Positions 1-10,430 of a stretch of DNA of 64,000 nt are shown here, piece after piece. Location: IMG/VR virus record IMGVR_UViG_3300045988_146009, positions 1 through 64,000 of that record; one strand, written 5' to 3'. The position numbers were made by a program, and so were the translations under genes. Numbering within the stretch: the stretch's first letter is position 1; each line of letters opens with the position of its first letter. This DNA is from a virus. The notes beneath the pieces were generated by a model. It was not told the DNA's origin. It searched no databases and worked only from the letters and a program-made list of their open reading frames with translations.

Positions 1-56
1 CCCGCTACGCCCGCTACGCCCGCTACGCCCGCTACGCCCGCTACGCCCGCTACGCA
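1..56. repeat. Tandem repeat of the 9-mer CCCGCTACG, about 6.2 copies, at the window edge
   Basis: Direct reading: cccgctacg is repeated head-to-tail from base 1. A single copy recurs at 39796..39804. Confidence 0.9.
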
Positions 57-177
57 ACCTGTCGTACCTACCGTTCCCCAGGTTCCTACGAGAGGTAGGA
101 CGGGCCCGGTTCAGAGAGACTATGACTACTTCCGAAAAGTATTCAACGATAGCGATGCTGGTGCAGAGGACCAGGAG

Positions 178-474
178 ATGGCAAAGGGCTACCTGCTGGT
201 GGACCAGATTAAAAATAACCCCAATCTCTCTGCTCGGTATGGCCGAATGTTGGAAAGGGACATCAGAACTTTTGAAAGGTCGCTTCGTTCCCAAGCAAGA
301 ACCGAGAAGGCGCAAGCCCCCCATATCCGTAAGGCCCGAGGTCTTGCAGGAACTCAAGCTGAGAGCATGAGGAATTTGAAGAAAACAAATCCGAAAGCTT
401 ATCAACTTGCGGTATGGAGAGAAGTTCTGAAACAACCTCAGTATCAAGGTCTAACTCTACAGCTTGGTTTTTAG
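178..474 (+). CDS. Hypothetical small basic protein (98 aa)
   Basis: ATG-initiated ORF with a basic, protein-like composition. The overlapping 122..370 frame is W/R-rich and less plausible. A hairpin plus T-run follows at 519..552. Confidence 0.35.
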   Translation: MAKGYLLVDQIKNNPNLSARYGRMLERDIRTFERSLRSQARTEKAQAPHIRKARGLAGTQAESMRNLKKTNPKAYQLAVWREVLKQPQYQGLTLQLGF

Positions 475-506
475 GACATATTTTCTTCTTGCAATAGTAA
501 ATATTC

Positions 507-3500
507 ATGGTACAAAAAGGGCACAGTCTTTACGGGCTGTGTCCTTTTCTCTTTACAAGAGAGGGATTAACCAACATACTATACGCATCTATGCCGAATG
601 ACACTAACCAAGAACCCTTGACTTATAGGAGTTTCGGACCCAAGAATCCGCAAACTGAATACTATAAGCAGTTGGGGCGAGAACAAAGCCAGACTAGATG
701 GCAGGAAGGAAGACAGGCGAGAGCGCAGGAAGCCCAGCAGACTCCTCTTTCGGAGGAAGCCAAGTTTCTTGATACACTCAACAAGACCTTCAAACAGGAA
801 GAGGAGGCCAGCTATACTCAGGAACAGCGAGCCTATACTCAGGAACAAAGGGCTATCTCTGCTGAGGATAGAGGAATCCGTAAGGAAGAAAAGGAGGAGT
901 CCAAGAAAGAGAAACAGGCTTCGAAGCGAGACAAGCAAATCAGAGACTGGCTTTCTGGTATCAATACCCGTACACCTGGAAAGTCTTTGGGCTTTTCTAC
1001 AGAGGCGGAGTATGAAGACTACCTCACCAAAACTAAGCCTGAAACCCTCGTAGACATTACCAAGTTCAAGGCCAACGACCCCGAAGAAATCGGGCGCGCC
1101 CGCTCTGCTGTTGAAGAGATGGGAGCCTCCCTTGTTCTTAGTGGGGAACATCCTCAAGTGGCCGAAGGTTCTTTCCGTAGTCTGGAACCGCAGGATAAAG
1201 CCAACAGGCTTCTTTCCAAATCCAAGTACGGACTCACCAAAACCGAAGATGGTTCTTATGTGGTAGACGAACGCTTCCTTGCTAGAGTTAATGACCCCTC
1301 CACCGCTGGCATGGGGAACGAGAATATCGCTCGTGCCATTGTAAACAATCTTAAATCCATTATTTCCAAGGAAGATGAAAGAGGCCGCAGTGATTACCTT
1401 ATCCCCGACGTTGAAGAAGTTACCAACCTCGTCAGAAACGCACGAGCAAAGAACAGGGAAACCTACCAAGAGTACGAAAAAATCAGGGAGAGATTCGCAG
1501 TACCAAAGGGTGAAGAAGAACAAAAGGCTGTAGCCCCTGAAAAGGTGGGGGAGCAAAATGGTGGAGACTCTTCTAGGACTCAACCTACTCTGGTGCAACA
1601 TGTGCTGAGTGAGGTTGACAGGTTCTTCACCGTCAACCCGGAAGCTATGGAGTACCTCAACACTCTTGGTGCCAAGACTGGTGAGGAAATTCCCGGAGCT
1701 ATCGAAGACCAAAAGTTTAGAGAGCAAGCCCGTAGGGGTATTGAACTCAAGGACCAACTGGCTCGTGCTATCTCCGAAGCCAACCCCGCCATCGACCTGA
1801 GAACCGTTCGAAATGAACTAGACGACGATGCGCTCCTGTACAGGGAAGCGGTCAGCCAGTTCTATGGTGGAGAGATTCCCGAAGAAGTTTCCTCTGCTAT
1901 CCTCAATCGAACCACACAACTCGCCCAGCAGAGGCAAGCCCTTGTGGCCAGCGACTATGCCAAGGCTGAGAAGGATGCTATCGCTGAACACCTCAAGTCT
2001 CTCGGCTTGGATGAAGGGGTAGCCCTTAGCATAGGTATATCTGGATTAACCAATCGCCATATCGCTGAGAGTGATACGGGGATGGGTACGATGCGTAGTG
2101 CCGTGAACGAAGCACTTCAACAGTATCAGTCAGGTGCGGGACAGCTCGCCGCTTCCATGAGCTTCGGTGAACAGAAAGGTTATCGGGACCCTCTCTCCCA
2201 CATGCAGTGGGTGAACATCGGGGATGGAAAAATAGCCTATGCTTTCGTTGACCCCGGCACAAATGAGCGTGTCGGGAATGGGTTCATTGTAGACTTTGGT
2301 AACGTAGACCAGCAAGCCAAGGCTCTTGGTGTTAGTAGGGAAGCCTACCTTGACAACCTCGCTCTTCCCTTCAAGATGGGCAACCTGAACGCAACGGACG
2401 AAGCGAACTCCTTGTTCGCTTGGGACAAGTTGAACGGTAAGCTCGTTGAGAACGCTACGGCGGAAAGCACAGGGGGTCTTGCCTACTACGACAATGACCT
2501 TATTGAACGAAGTGTCCTTCGTGCAGTTGAAGCTGGGGCCCCTGCTGAGGTGGTAGATAAGTACCGGGAGAACCTTCTCCAACTCCAGAAGCAGAATGCC
2601 AAGGATATGATTGACCAGATGCTCGGGCAGTATGAAGCTGTAGCTAATCTTGTGGCTTCTGATAGCAAGACTCTGGACATTCTGTTCCCCGGAATCCGTC
2701 TCGCAATGAATGCAATGCACAATGACTTCCGGGATTACTATGCGGAGAACAAGGGAAAGATGACCAACGAGGAAATCATTTCTTCCTTCCTTGCTGACGA
2801 GCAGAACCGACAGGGCTTCCTTGCCATCACTATGGCGGGAGCTAAGACCGTAGCCCGTTACAAGGCCGCGGCTATTGGTGCTTCCCAGTTCGTGAGTGAA
2901 GGCTCTCGTATCATAGGTCTTGGAACCGGAGACCCCGCTAAGTACAACAACATGTGGGAGAACCTTCACAAGGAGGAGCAAGCCATTAACACCATCACTA
3001 CCCGTGCTGGTGGGGTTGCTGAATGGGGTGCTGAAATTGGAAACGTCCTGTTGCAGATTGCAGAGACCACAACCACTGGTGGTATCGGTGGGGTTAGCGG
3101 AAGAGTTGGTACTATGACTGGTAGGCTTGCCAAATTGTTTGGTGAAGCTGTTGCCTTCAAGGCCGCTACTCCCGGAACCATGCGTCTCGGTCAGGTAATC
3201 ACGAAGCTCGGTGGCGGGGTGGAACGTCTGGTAGCTGGACCCGGTAGGGCCGCCCTCACTCAGGCTTCTTCCCGTGGTTCCAGTCTGGCTATCTCTGCCA
3301 AGCTCTTCACTGATGCCGCGGCTCCTACCTTTGGGGAAGTGTCCAACGCAACCTACAATGAAGAGATGGCCCGTCTTGCAAAGGACCCCGCTACCGCTGG
3401 GCTTCCTGAATCTGTGCGGATGGAGATGGCGCAGAACGTTGCTACTACCAAGGGAAGTATAGCAGGTATTGGATATGGTATCTTCTCTACTATCCTCAAT

Positions 3501-6500
3501 AACCGCGCTGGTTTCAACCGCATGATTCGCAAAGCCACGGGTGCTACCACCAAGGCCCCCGGTATTTTCGGAAAACTGGAAAGCTCTTTAGAAGGACCTG
3601 GAATCTTCAACCTCAAGGGTCTTCCCGGAAAGGAAAAGGCTATCTCTATTGCCAAGCAAGTTGGTCGTCTCTCTGCCTCCGCTGTTGAAGGTGGCACAGA
3701 AGAACTGGCTGATGAAGCTTTGCAGTGGGCATGGCAAACTCTTACCCAGCACGGGGAAATCCGTGAAGAAGATATTGCCAGTGAGCGTGACGTATGGGAT
3801 GCCGCCAGCAAGATTTTCATTCTCGGTGCAATCGGGGGCGAGGTTGGCCACGGCATTCAGGCCATGACTGCCCTCCCTGCTGAGGTTTCCAATAGAAGAG
3901 ACCAAGCCATCCAAGCCCAACAGCTTTATGGCGAAGCCATGAGGGATGCCCTGGATAGCGACGTAGAAGGAGCCAATACCGCTTTGATTGAAGCATTGAA
4001 GGAAGGACTGGAAAAGAGTTCTGCCATTGCGGATGCCGCCATCACAAGTAAGGAGGCCGCCATGTCGGTAGCTCGTAACGGACATATCCAGGCTGACGAG
4101 AATGTTATCAACGAATGGTCCTCCATGATTAGCCAGTTGCCGGATGGTGCCAGCGTTCAACTCAATAACTTCTCTGCTGAATACAGCAGGTTGAAAAGGA
4201 TTGGGGATGAAACGGGTGCGGCATCTCTGCATCAAGCTTTCGTTGAGGACATTGCGGCGAGTGACAACCTGTCGGACACCCAGCGTCAAATTGCAGGAGA
4301 GCTTATTCTTCAACTTACGCAAGGTACTCCTACCGCGGAGTTCGTGGAAGAGACATCTACCCAGGTGGTTCTGCCAGAGGGACTTGAAGAGTTGGCCGCC
4401 GTTGAAGTAGAAGAAGCCCCCGCCCCGGTAACGGAAGAACTGAAGCCCGAGGGGGACCTTGTTGAGCAGGAGGTTGAGGAAGAAGTTGTTCAAATTGGGG
4501 AACGTGACTACGGGTATAATGCCCCGAACCCGGTCCCCTTTGTTCAGATGCTTTCCGATTGGTACACCAGTGAGACCCCCATTACTCCCGAAATCCGGGG
4601 GGAAATGAACTCCGTGCTTACTGACCTGGAGCTTGAAGACCCCGACATTTATGACTTCATCACGGATGGTAAGGAAGAAGTGGACCGGGCTACGGTTCGC
4701 CGACTCCTCACGGTGGCTAACCTGACCGGACCTGATGGGCCCATCGCTGTTGACATGAAGGGGAACACTGAAATTCAGAAGGGGAATGCCCTGCTGACGG
4801 ACAAGACGGTATGGAGTAAGTATGACAAGAATGTCGAGATACAGGATTCCAACTGGGCCGCAGATGTGTTTAATATGGTGGGCGAAGGAATGCAACCTAT
4901 TCAAAACGTGCTCGACGATGTTCTCAATACTGTTCAGGATGAAAGAACCCGGAACAATATTAAAGACATTGTAGAGTTCCTTGAGGAACGTGGAGTTCCG
5001 GTGAGCGTGGCTACCATTCAGGGGGACAGCAACATTGCTGGTCTCACGATGATGGACCCGTCCTCTCCAGAACAGCATATCGCTCTGAACTTTAGCGCGA
5101 AGAATGTAAAATCCTCCCCTGCTGATGTCCTGCTCCACGAACTAACTCACGTTCTGGACAACCATCTGAGGGAGACAGACCCCCTGTATGCAGAACGCGT
5201 AGCAAGCATCGAAGAAATTGTCCGCTCCAACTGGGCCAACATCCAGAAGGAAGCGGAACGGGTGGCTCGCACTGCTGTAACTGAGGAGGAGCAGGCTGAG
5301 ATTGACCAGTTCATCGCTGAGATGGAACAGGCTTTGTTCAACAAGCAGACTGAGTTTGAGGGTGGACGTGAGTTCCTTCCTAATGTAATTACCAACCCCA
5401 TCATGGGAGAGGTGATTGCACAAGGCAATCTCCCGTTTGACCAAGCTCTCGACCAGTGGGCCTCCCCCAACAACCTTGCTCGAATCTCTCAGATTGGCAG
5501 AGGCAAGGTGAGCAGGATTGTTCATAACCTCATTAATGCTGTGTCCTCCATCCTCAAGGGTGCCCAGGTTGTTGAAGGGAAAGTTAATCCCAACACCGCG
5601 GTTATTCGTGTGGAAGAAGGAACCCTGGCTGACCCGACAAGGATGAAGATTGTCTCTCCGAAGCTGGCTGAATACAAGCCGGGAGTTGAAGACGAGAACG
5701 TATTCATTACGGACCGCGGCGTTGATGCCGCCCTCTTCTCGTCCTCTGAGAACTTTGTCGGAGCAGGGAAGAGACTATTCCGGACGGCGAATGTCAAGGG
5801 TGGATTCACCGCTGACAAACGTACTGGGAAAAAGGTTAAGGAATTCGCTGGTAACTTCCAGACTTACGTTAATGAACTTGTCGCACGAAACGAACGAACC
5901 AAGCGATATGTAACTCAGCAAACGAAGGGAATGGAAGACTCCGAACGGGCTACCGTCATCAACTCCATCGTGAACTACACGGGCGATTTGGGCAACACGC
6001 TCGACCCGAAGGTTACTCGCCGTATCTTTGCGGAGACTAACAACAAGGTCGAACAAGCCAGGGTGGCCAGGGAGGCTGAGGTGGACGCGGCGAACAATGA
6101 GTACGCCAAGTTCATTGCGGACCGGAGGAAGGCTATCATCCAGGCGGAGGCCAGGGTGAACGCCCTTGCCGGGACTCAAGCATTGCAGAATGTTGGAGTA
6201 GCTATTACCCAAGCTGTTCAGGTAGCTAAGGAAGTCCCCCAGGTGGACGAGAAGAACCCGATGGCTGTAGCCGCGGCTCGTTTCAGGAAGGCTCAGGAAG
6301 AACTCAACCCCGTGATGAAAGAGATTTACAGCACGTTGGACGAGGACGCTAAGGCCGAAATGAACGAAGCGTATGATAAGACCATGAAGGCCATTGCGGA
6401 AGACTTGGCCCAGGACTTCGACAACCCTGCTGAAATCGTACCGGGCCTTCTCAGTATCGGTGGACTTCAAAACGTTCCCAGTGTGGACGACTTGTCCGCA

Positions 6501-9500
6501 ATGTTCACTTCGGTCATCAAGGCCAACAGGCTGGGATGGTTGAAGAAGGATGCCGATGCTGTGCGTGCCGCCAAGGATATAACCGTAGCCCAGCAAGCCC
6601 GTAGAGAGCGCATAGCCCAAGCCGAAAAGAACTACCAGACGAAGGTAGGACGAGGAGGCATGAAGAATGGGGTATGGACTTCTCCTGGAACGGTATGGCT
6701 TGAGCGTGATGCGGCCATGCGTGCGGAGAAGAACCGGATGGAAACGGTATACGCCATGAAGAGGAATGAAGCCCGTAAGGAACTTCTCAAATATCCTTTT
6801 GGTGCCCGCCTGCTCAATGTGCTGGACGACAACCGAAGAGCTATTGCTACCATGGAAGCTAACCTGATGCAGAGAAGGGGTGCTATCGGACTCGGAACAA
6901 AGGTGAGGGACTTTACCTACCTCTCCCGAACGTTTGCCGCGGTAGGAAAGGAGTCCATCAACTTCCGTAAGGCCATGATGGAACTACTGGACAGCAACGG
7001 CGAAGTGAAGCCGGAGTTTACCCACCTTGTAGGTATCCTAAACAATGCAATCCAAAGCTACATGAGAGAAAACATCTCCCGTTACAACCGGGGTATTTCG
7101 GAAACCCTCGACAACATGCTTGCTATGAGCAAGGTAGCTGATGAACTTGGTCTGGACGGTAGTGAATACCTTGGCTTCAAGGGAAAGGATGTATGGAAGA
7201 ATGTAAGTGAATACCTGACGAAGGACCCGGCCCTGGCTGAGAGTGCTCTAAACACAATCAACAATGGTCACTGGAACGAGATTGCCAAGATGAAGGATGG
7301 CTCGGTTGAACTCCGTCTCATTATCAACAAGGCGAGCCAGCTAGATAACCTGCTCTCCTCTGCTGATGTTGGGGAGAAGAGCCGACTCCGTAGCAAGATG
7401 CGTAAGGCGAAGGCGGACCTGATGAACAAGGCGGCGGAAGACTATGTGCTTTCCAGTATGGGAGTAACCGATACTGACCTCCGCTCCTTCCTCCTCGGTC
7501 TAAATTCTCCGGAACAAATCACGGAAGCATTCAAATCAACTCCCTACCTGGACTCAAGTGTAATCTCCAACCTGATGGGAACGGATGAAAACCTCCGAAC
7601 CCGCATCAGCAACACCATGGATTATGTGAGAAAGTCCACCGCTATTGAAATGCAGAAGCAGGGGGTAAACCTGACCGCTAACCAGCGGGACATGTCCCTT
7701 CTTGCTGATGGTGAAGTAGCGGATGCCCTGATAGCTACCGCTCGGAATGTGTTCAAGGAGACCCTATCCAAGGAGCGTAACGAAGAAAACATCTTCGCCA
7801 ACCGTAAGAACCTGATGGATAGTGAACTTCAAATTCTTGGAGTTCGCGGGTTCAGTAATCTCACGGATGCCTTCGGTGTTATTCAAAACACCTTGTCCTC
7901 CCAGGGCAGAGCCTATGTCAACCAAGTAATTACGCATGACGTAGCAAGAAGCCTTGAAAGGCATGGGGTTGTTACCGGGGAGAGGACGAAGGAGAATACC
8001 CACCTGCTGGAATTCCAGAACAAGGCCAACCCGCTGAACGGAATGTATGCCGAAAGGGACATCGCCCTTGTCCTCTACCAAGCCATGCGACCTGACGAAG
8101 CAATTATGCGGGGTAAGGAATTTGGGAAGAAGTTGCAGAGCCATTGGGGTAACAACTGGGGAATGCTGAGAAGCATCGGTGGGTTTGTCTCCATGTTGAC
8201 CCTGGTCCGTACTCCCTCCGCTACCCTCCGTAACATGGCGGGGACCATGGGGCAAAGCCTGAACGCAGGTGCTCTCCCGTTTGACAAGGGGGTTATCAAG
8301 GGATATGGGGAAGTGTACCAGCTTGCCCAGGACTTCGTTGTTGCAAACATTCTAAGTGCCGCGGGTTCCGTTGGTGTGAGGGGTGCAGTGAACAGTGAGA
8401 TTATGGCGAACGCTGAGAAGCGATTCAACCAGTCCATGCAGAGGTATCGTGACCTTGGTCTGCTCGACGCGGGCGCGGCGAACTTCATGAAGGAACAGTG
8501 GAAGCAGGGGCTTAATGAAATGAGCCAGAAAGAGGGCAGTGAAATCAGCTTGCCCGACGAGGACGCAATGTTCTCTTCGCTCGTATCGGAACTAGGAGAC
8601 CGGAGCACTGCAAAGAAAGCGATGGACCTCGCCAAGCGCATTGCGTATGGTACGTTCGTTTCGCCTATGAGCGTTGCCGCTTCTGCTTACTCCGTCCCTG
8701 ACGTTATCGCCAAGATAATCCTCTTCAATGGGGAGAGCCACAAGGTAAGCAAGGTAGTGAAAGCCGAGCTCGCACAAGCTGAGAAGCTGAGTAGAGCAGG
8801 AAAGGAAGACAAGCTGACAAGCTACATGAAGGACGCTTTGGCCGCTAAGAAGGAAGGGACTCTTACTTCCTACATTGAACGTAGGGCGGCGGACAGGACG
8901 AAGAACCTTCTTCCCACGGGGGCAAGAACCCCTGACTGGGTGAATAAGGTAAGCATCTTTGGGATGCCCTTCTTCTCCTTCATGTACCACACTTGGCAGA
9001 GTGTACCTTACAGCATTGGCTACGGGATGGAAGAACTTCGCGCCGCAAGGTTTGCAACCAATACGGCAGATAAAGTCTCCCTCTACATGGATGCCACCCA
9101 AAAGTTTGGAGGTGCTATCCTGGGCCAGTATGCTATGATGGAACTGATGCGGTTTGCCCTTCCGATTGTTACTCAAGCAATCATGGGTATGGTCACGGGT
9201 GATGACGAAGAAGACAAGATGCAGATGCTCGAAGCAAGTTCGTTTACCCGTTGGCTTGCACGGAATGCTGGACTCTCCGCGGACTACGACCAGAACGGAG
9301 AACTCTTTTTCTGGTTTGACAAGGATAATGAAACCTTCATAGTCCAGGATGGTCAGTACCTTCTGCCATATAAGAGCCTTGGTGAAACCCTGGGTGCTAT
9401 TATCAACCTCGCTGGATTGAATCCTTTCTCTGACAAGAGTGAGGCTAACCAATTCGAGGATGACTACACCGCCCAGCTTCTGGATTATGTTCAGAGCACG

Positions 9501-10361
9501 GCTGGTTCTCCCTCCATGTGGATTCAAATGCTCATTGATATGGGTTCAAAGGAACCCCGTCAAAGCGCAGACCTGAAACAACTGGGTGGGGTATCAGCAA
9601 TCCCGGAAGCCTTTGGGAATGCCCTGCTCATGAGCTTAGGACTCCGCCCTTCTGCTGAACTTGCGGGAGGTAGGACGCTCGACTGGATGGAAAGGATAGC
9701 TACGACTGTAAAGGATAACCTCCCCCTATGGCCTACTCTGGTTCAGGGGGTGCAGACCTGGACAGGGATGAATCCGGATAGTGAAAAGGCAGGATGGTTG
9801 TTGAAGAACCTTGGCTTTGGTGTTCGTCGTCCCAAGAATATTAATGATGTCCTCCGGGACAGTCTTGCTAAAGGTAACAAGGACCTCTCCAATTCGTTGA
9901 AGAACCAGCGCATCATGGATACCAACCTTTACACGGCTGACCTTAGCGATGCAGAGTATGACAAGATTATCGAAGCTGATAAGGCTATGGTAATTGAGCA
10001 GAGTATTTCCCTCGCTAATAGGTTCCTGGCGTTGAAGGGGTTCCTCAAGGGGATGGGAGTCAAGGACGTTGACACGGTTCTTGAAGCATCTGCTCAGGAG
10101 GCGGGCATATCGTTGAAGGCTATGGATGACCTTATCTCTGGCCGGGCCAAAGACTTCATCTCTAACCAGAGGTTTGACAAGATTGAAGAGACGAGAGACC
10201 GCTTGCTTAACAGGCCCGGTATTACTCCGGAAGCTAAGAAAGCCATCCTCCGCCAGTTCCAACAAGCTGAGAAGGTGTATGACATCGACGCAGTAGATAT
10301 TACTTCCAGCTTGATTGAGCCGGATAATGTGGAGCAGGAGGTGAAGAGCCAGAAGAGATAG
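507..10361 (+). CDS. Giant virion-associated/ejected protein (3284 aa; probable true start at 591). It has an internal HExxH zincin-like motif and long Ala/Glu/Gln/Lys-rich helical regions. Candidate polyvalent/cargo protein.
   Basis: Uninterrupted 9.85-kb ORF. The motif LLHELTHVLDNH is at nt 5136..5150. No DxDGD or NADFDGD RNAP motif was found by eye. Every antisense ORF over this interval is shorter (longest 516 aa at 3588..5138) and treated as artefact. Confidence 0.85.
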   Translation: MVQKGHSLYGLCPFLFTREGLTNILYASMPNDTNQEPLTYRSFGPKNPQTEYYKQLGREQSQTRWQEGRQARAQEAQQTPLSEEAKFLDTLNKTFKQEEEASYTQEQRAYTQEQRAISAEDRGIRKEEKEESKKEKQASKRDKQIRDWLSGINTRTPGKSLGFSTEAEYEDYLTKTKPETLVDITKFKANDPEEIGRARSAVEEMGASLVLSGEHPQVAEGSFRSLEPQDKANRLLSKSKYGLTKTEDGSYVVDERFLARVNDPSTAGMGNENIARAIVNNLKSIISKEDERGRSDYLIPDVEEVTNLVRNARAKNRETYQEYEKIRERFAVPKGEEEQKAVAPEKVGEQNGGDSSRTQPTLVQHVLSEVDRFFTVNPEAMEYLNTLGAKTGEEIPGAIEDQKFREQARRGIELKDQLARAISEANPAIDLRTVRNELDDDALLYREAVSQFYGGEIPEEVSSAILNRTTQLAQQRQALVASDYAKAEKDAIAEHLKSLGLDEGVALSIGISGLTNRHIAESDTGMGTMRSAVNEALQQYQSGAGQLAASMSFGEQKGYRDPLSHMQWVNIGDGKIAYAFVDPGTNERVGNGFIVDFGNVDQQAKALGVSREAYLDNLALPFKMGNLNATDEANSLFAWDKLNGKLVENATAESTGGLAYYDNDLIERSVLRAVEAGAPAEVVDKYRENLLQLQKQNAKDMIDQMLGQYEAVANLVASDSKTLDILFPGIRLAMNAMHNDFRDYYAENKGKMTNEEIISSFLADEQNRQGFLAITMAGAKTVARYKAAAIGASQFVSEGSRIIGLGTGDPAKYNNMWENLHKEEQAINTITTRAGGVAEWGAEIGNVLLQIAETTTTGGIGGVSGRVGTMTGRLAKLFGEAVAFKAATPGTMRLGQVITKLGGGVERLVAGPGRAALTQASSRGSSLAISAKLFTDAAAPTFGEVSNATYNEEMARLAKDPATAGLPESVRMEMAQNVATTKGSIAGIGYGIFSTILNNRAGFNRMIRKATGATTKAPGIFGKLESSLEGPGIFNLKGLPGKEKAISIAKQVGRLSASAVEGGTEELADEALQWAWQTLTQHGEIREEDIASERDVWDAASKIFILGAIGGEVGHGIQAMTALPAEVSNRRDQAIQAQQLYGEAMRDALDSDVEGANTALIEALKEGLEKSSAIADAAITSKEAAMSVARNGHIQADENVINEWSSMISQLPDGASVQLNNFSAEYSRLKRIGDETGAASLHQAFVEDIAASDNLSDTQRQIAGELILQLTQGTPTAEFVEETSTQVVLPEGLEELAAVEVEEAPAPVTEELKPEGDLVEQEVEEEVVQIGERDYGYNAPNPVPFVQMLSDWYTSETPITPEIRGEMNSVLTDLELEDPDIYDFITDGKEEVDRATVRRLLTVANLTGPDGPIAVDMKGNTEIQKGNALLTDKTVWSKYDKNVEIQDSNWAADVFNMVGEGMQPIQNVLDDVLNTVQDERTRNNIKDIVEFLEERGVPVSVATIQGDSNIAGLTMMDPSSPEQHIALNFSAKNVKSSPADVLLHELTHVLDNHLRETDPLYAERVASIEEIVRSNWANIQKEAERVARTAVTEEEQAEIDQFIAEMEQALFNKQTEFEGGREFLPNVITNPIMGEVIAQGNLPFDQALDQWASPNNLARISQIGRGKVSRIVHNLINAVSSILKGAQVVEGKVNPNTAVIRVEEGTLADPTRMKIVSPKLAEYKPGVEDENVFITDRGVDAALFSSSENFVGAGKRLFRTANVKGGFTADKRTGKKVKEFAGNFQTYVNELVARNERTKRYVTQQTKGMEDSERATVINSIVNYTGDLGNTLDPKVTRRIFAETNNKVEQARVAREAEVDAANNEYAKFIADRRKAIIQAEARVNALAGTQALQNVGVAITQAVQVAKEVPQVDEKNPMAVAAARFRKAQEELNPVMKEIYSTLDEDAKAEMNEAYDKTMKAIAEDLAQDFDNPAEIVPGLLSIGGLQNVPSVDDLSAMFTSVIKANRLGWLKKDADAVRAAKDITVAQQARRERIAQAEKNYQTKVGRGGMKNGVWTSPGTVWLERDAAMRAEKNRMETVYAMKRNEARKELLKYPFGARLLNVLDDNRRAIATMEANLMQRRGAIGLGTKVRDFTYLSRTFAAVGKESINFRKAMMELLDSNGEVKPEFTHLVGILNNAIQSYMRENISRYNRGISETLDNMLAMSKVADELGLDGSEYLGFKGKDVWKNVSEYLTKDPALAESALNTINNGHWNEIAKMKDGSVELRLIINKASQLDNLLSSADVGEKSRLRSKMRKAKADLMNKAAEDYVLSSMGVTDTDLRSFLLGLNSPEQITEAFKSTPYLDSSVISNLMGTDENLRTRISNTMDYVRKSTAIEMQKQGVNLTANQRDMSLLADGEVADALIATARNVFKETLSKERNEENIFANRKNLMDSELQILGVRGFSNLTDAFGVIQNTLSSQGRAYVNQVITHDVARSLERHGVVTGERTKENTHLLEFQNKANPLNGMYAERDIALVLYQAMRPDEAIMRGKEFGKKLQSHWGNNWGMLRSIGGFVSMLTLVRTPSATLRNMAGTMGQSLNAGALPFDKGVIKGYGEVYQLAQDFVVANILSAAGSVGVRGAVNSEIMANAEKRFNQSMQRYRDLGLLDAGAANFMKEQWKQGLNEMSQKEGSEISLPDEDAMFSSLVSELGDRSTAKKAMDLAKRIAYGTFVSPMSVAASAYSVPDVIAKIILFNGESHKVSKVVKAELAQAEKLSRAGKEDKLTSYMKDALAAKKEGTLTSYIERRAADRTKNLLPTGARTPDWVNKVSIFGMPFFSFMYHTWQSVPYSIGYGMEELRAARFATNTADKVSLYMDATQKFGGAILGQYAMMELMRFALPIVTQAIMGMVTGDDEEDKMQMLEASSFTRWLARNAGLSADYDQNGELFFWFDKDNETFIVQDGQYLLPYKSLGETLGAIINLAGLNPFSDKSEANQFEDDYTAQLLDYVQSTAGSPSMWIQMLIDMGSKEPRQSADLKQLGGVSAIPEAFGNALLMSLGLRPSAELAGGRTLDWMERIATTVKDNLPLWPTLVQGVQTWTGMNPDSEKAGWLLKNLGFGVRRPKNINDVLRDSLAKGNKDLSNSLKNQRIMDTNLYTADLSDAEYDKIIEADKAMVIEQSISLANRFLALKGFLKGMGVKDVDTVLEASAQEAGISLKAMDDLISGRAKDFISNQRFDKIEETRDRLLNRPGITPEAKKAILRQFQQAEKVYDIDAVDITSSLIEPDNVEQEVKSQKR
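519..552 (+). terminator. Putative intrinsic terminator hairpin (8-bp stem with one mismatch, T-run)
   Basis: GGGCACAG...CTGTGTCC followed by TTTTCTCTTT. It lies inside the 5' end of the longest version of the giant ORF, which suggests the real start is the ATG at 591. Confidence 0.4.
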
Positions 10362-10390
10362 TAAATAAAACACAGGCATAGAACAGAATA

Positions 10391-10428
10391 CCCCCTTGAC
10401 CTTCGCGGGTTAAGGGGGTATATTTTAT
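10391..10428 (+). terminator. Putative terminator hairpin after the giant gene
   Basis: CCCCCTT...AAGGGGG 7-bp stem followed by TATATTTTAT. Confidence 0.45.
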
Positions 10429-10430
10429 CC

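Noticed and set aside
122-370. 82-aa ORF overlapping the 178..474 ORF
   Set aside because: The Trp/Arg-rich translation is typical of an off-frame read. The 178..474 frame is preferred.
3588-5138. Long antisense ORFs. Examples are the 516-aa ORF inside the giant gene, 29536..30672 inside the primase gene, 46425..47627 inside the portal gene, and 50132..51442 opposite the capsid gene.
   Set aside because: They sit exactly antisense to GC3-rich, codon-biased genes and have low-complexity translations rich in Ser, Gly, Arg and Leu. They are stop-codon-depletion artefacts, not genes.
507-10361. Giant ORF as a crAss-like or N4-like virion RNA polymerase
   Set aside because: No DxDGD or NADFDGD motif, nor a convincing T7-like motif B or C, was found by eye. 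It is kept as an unverified possibility, not as the call.
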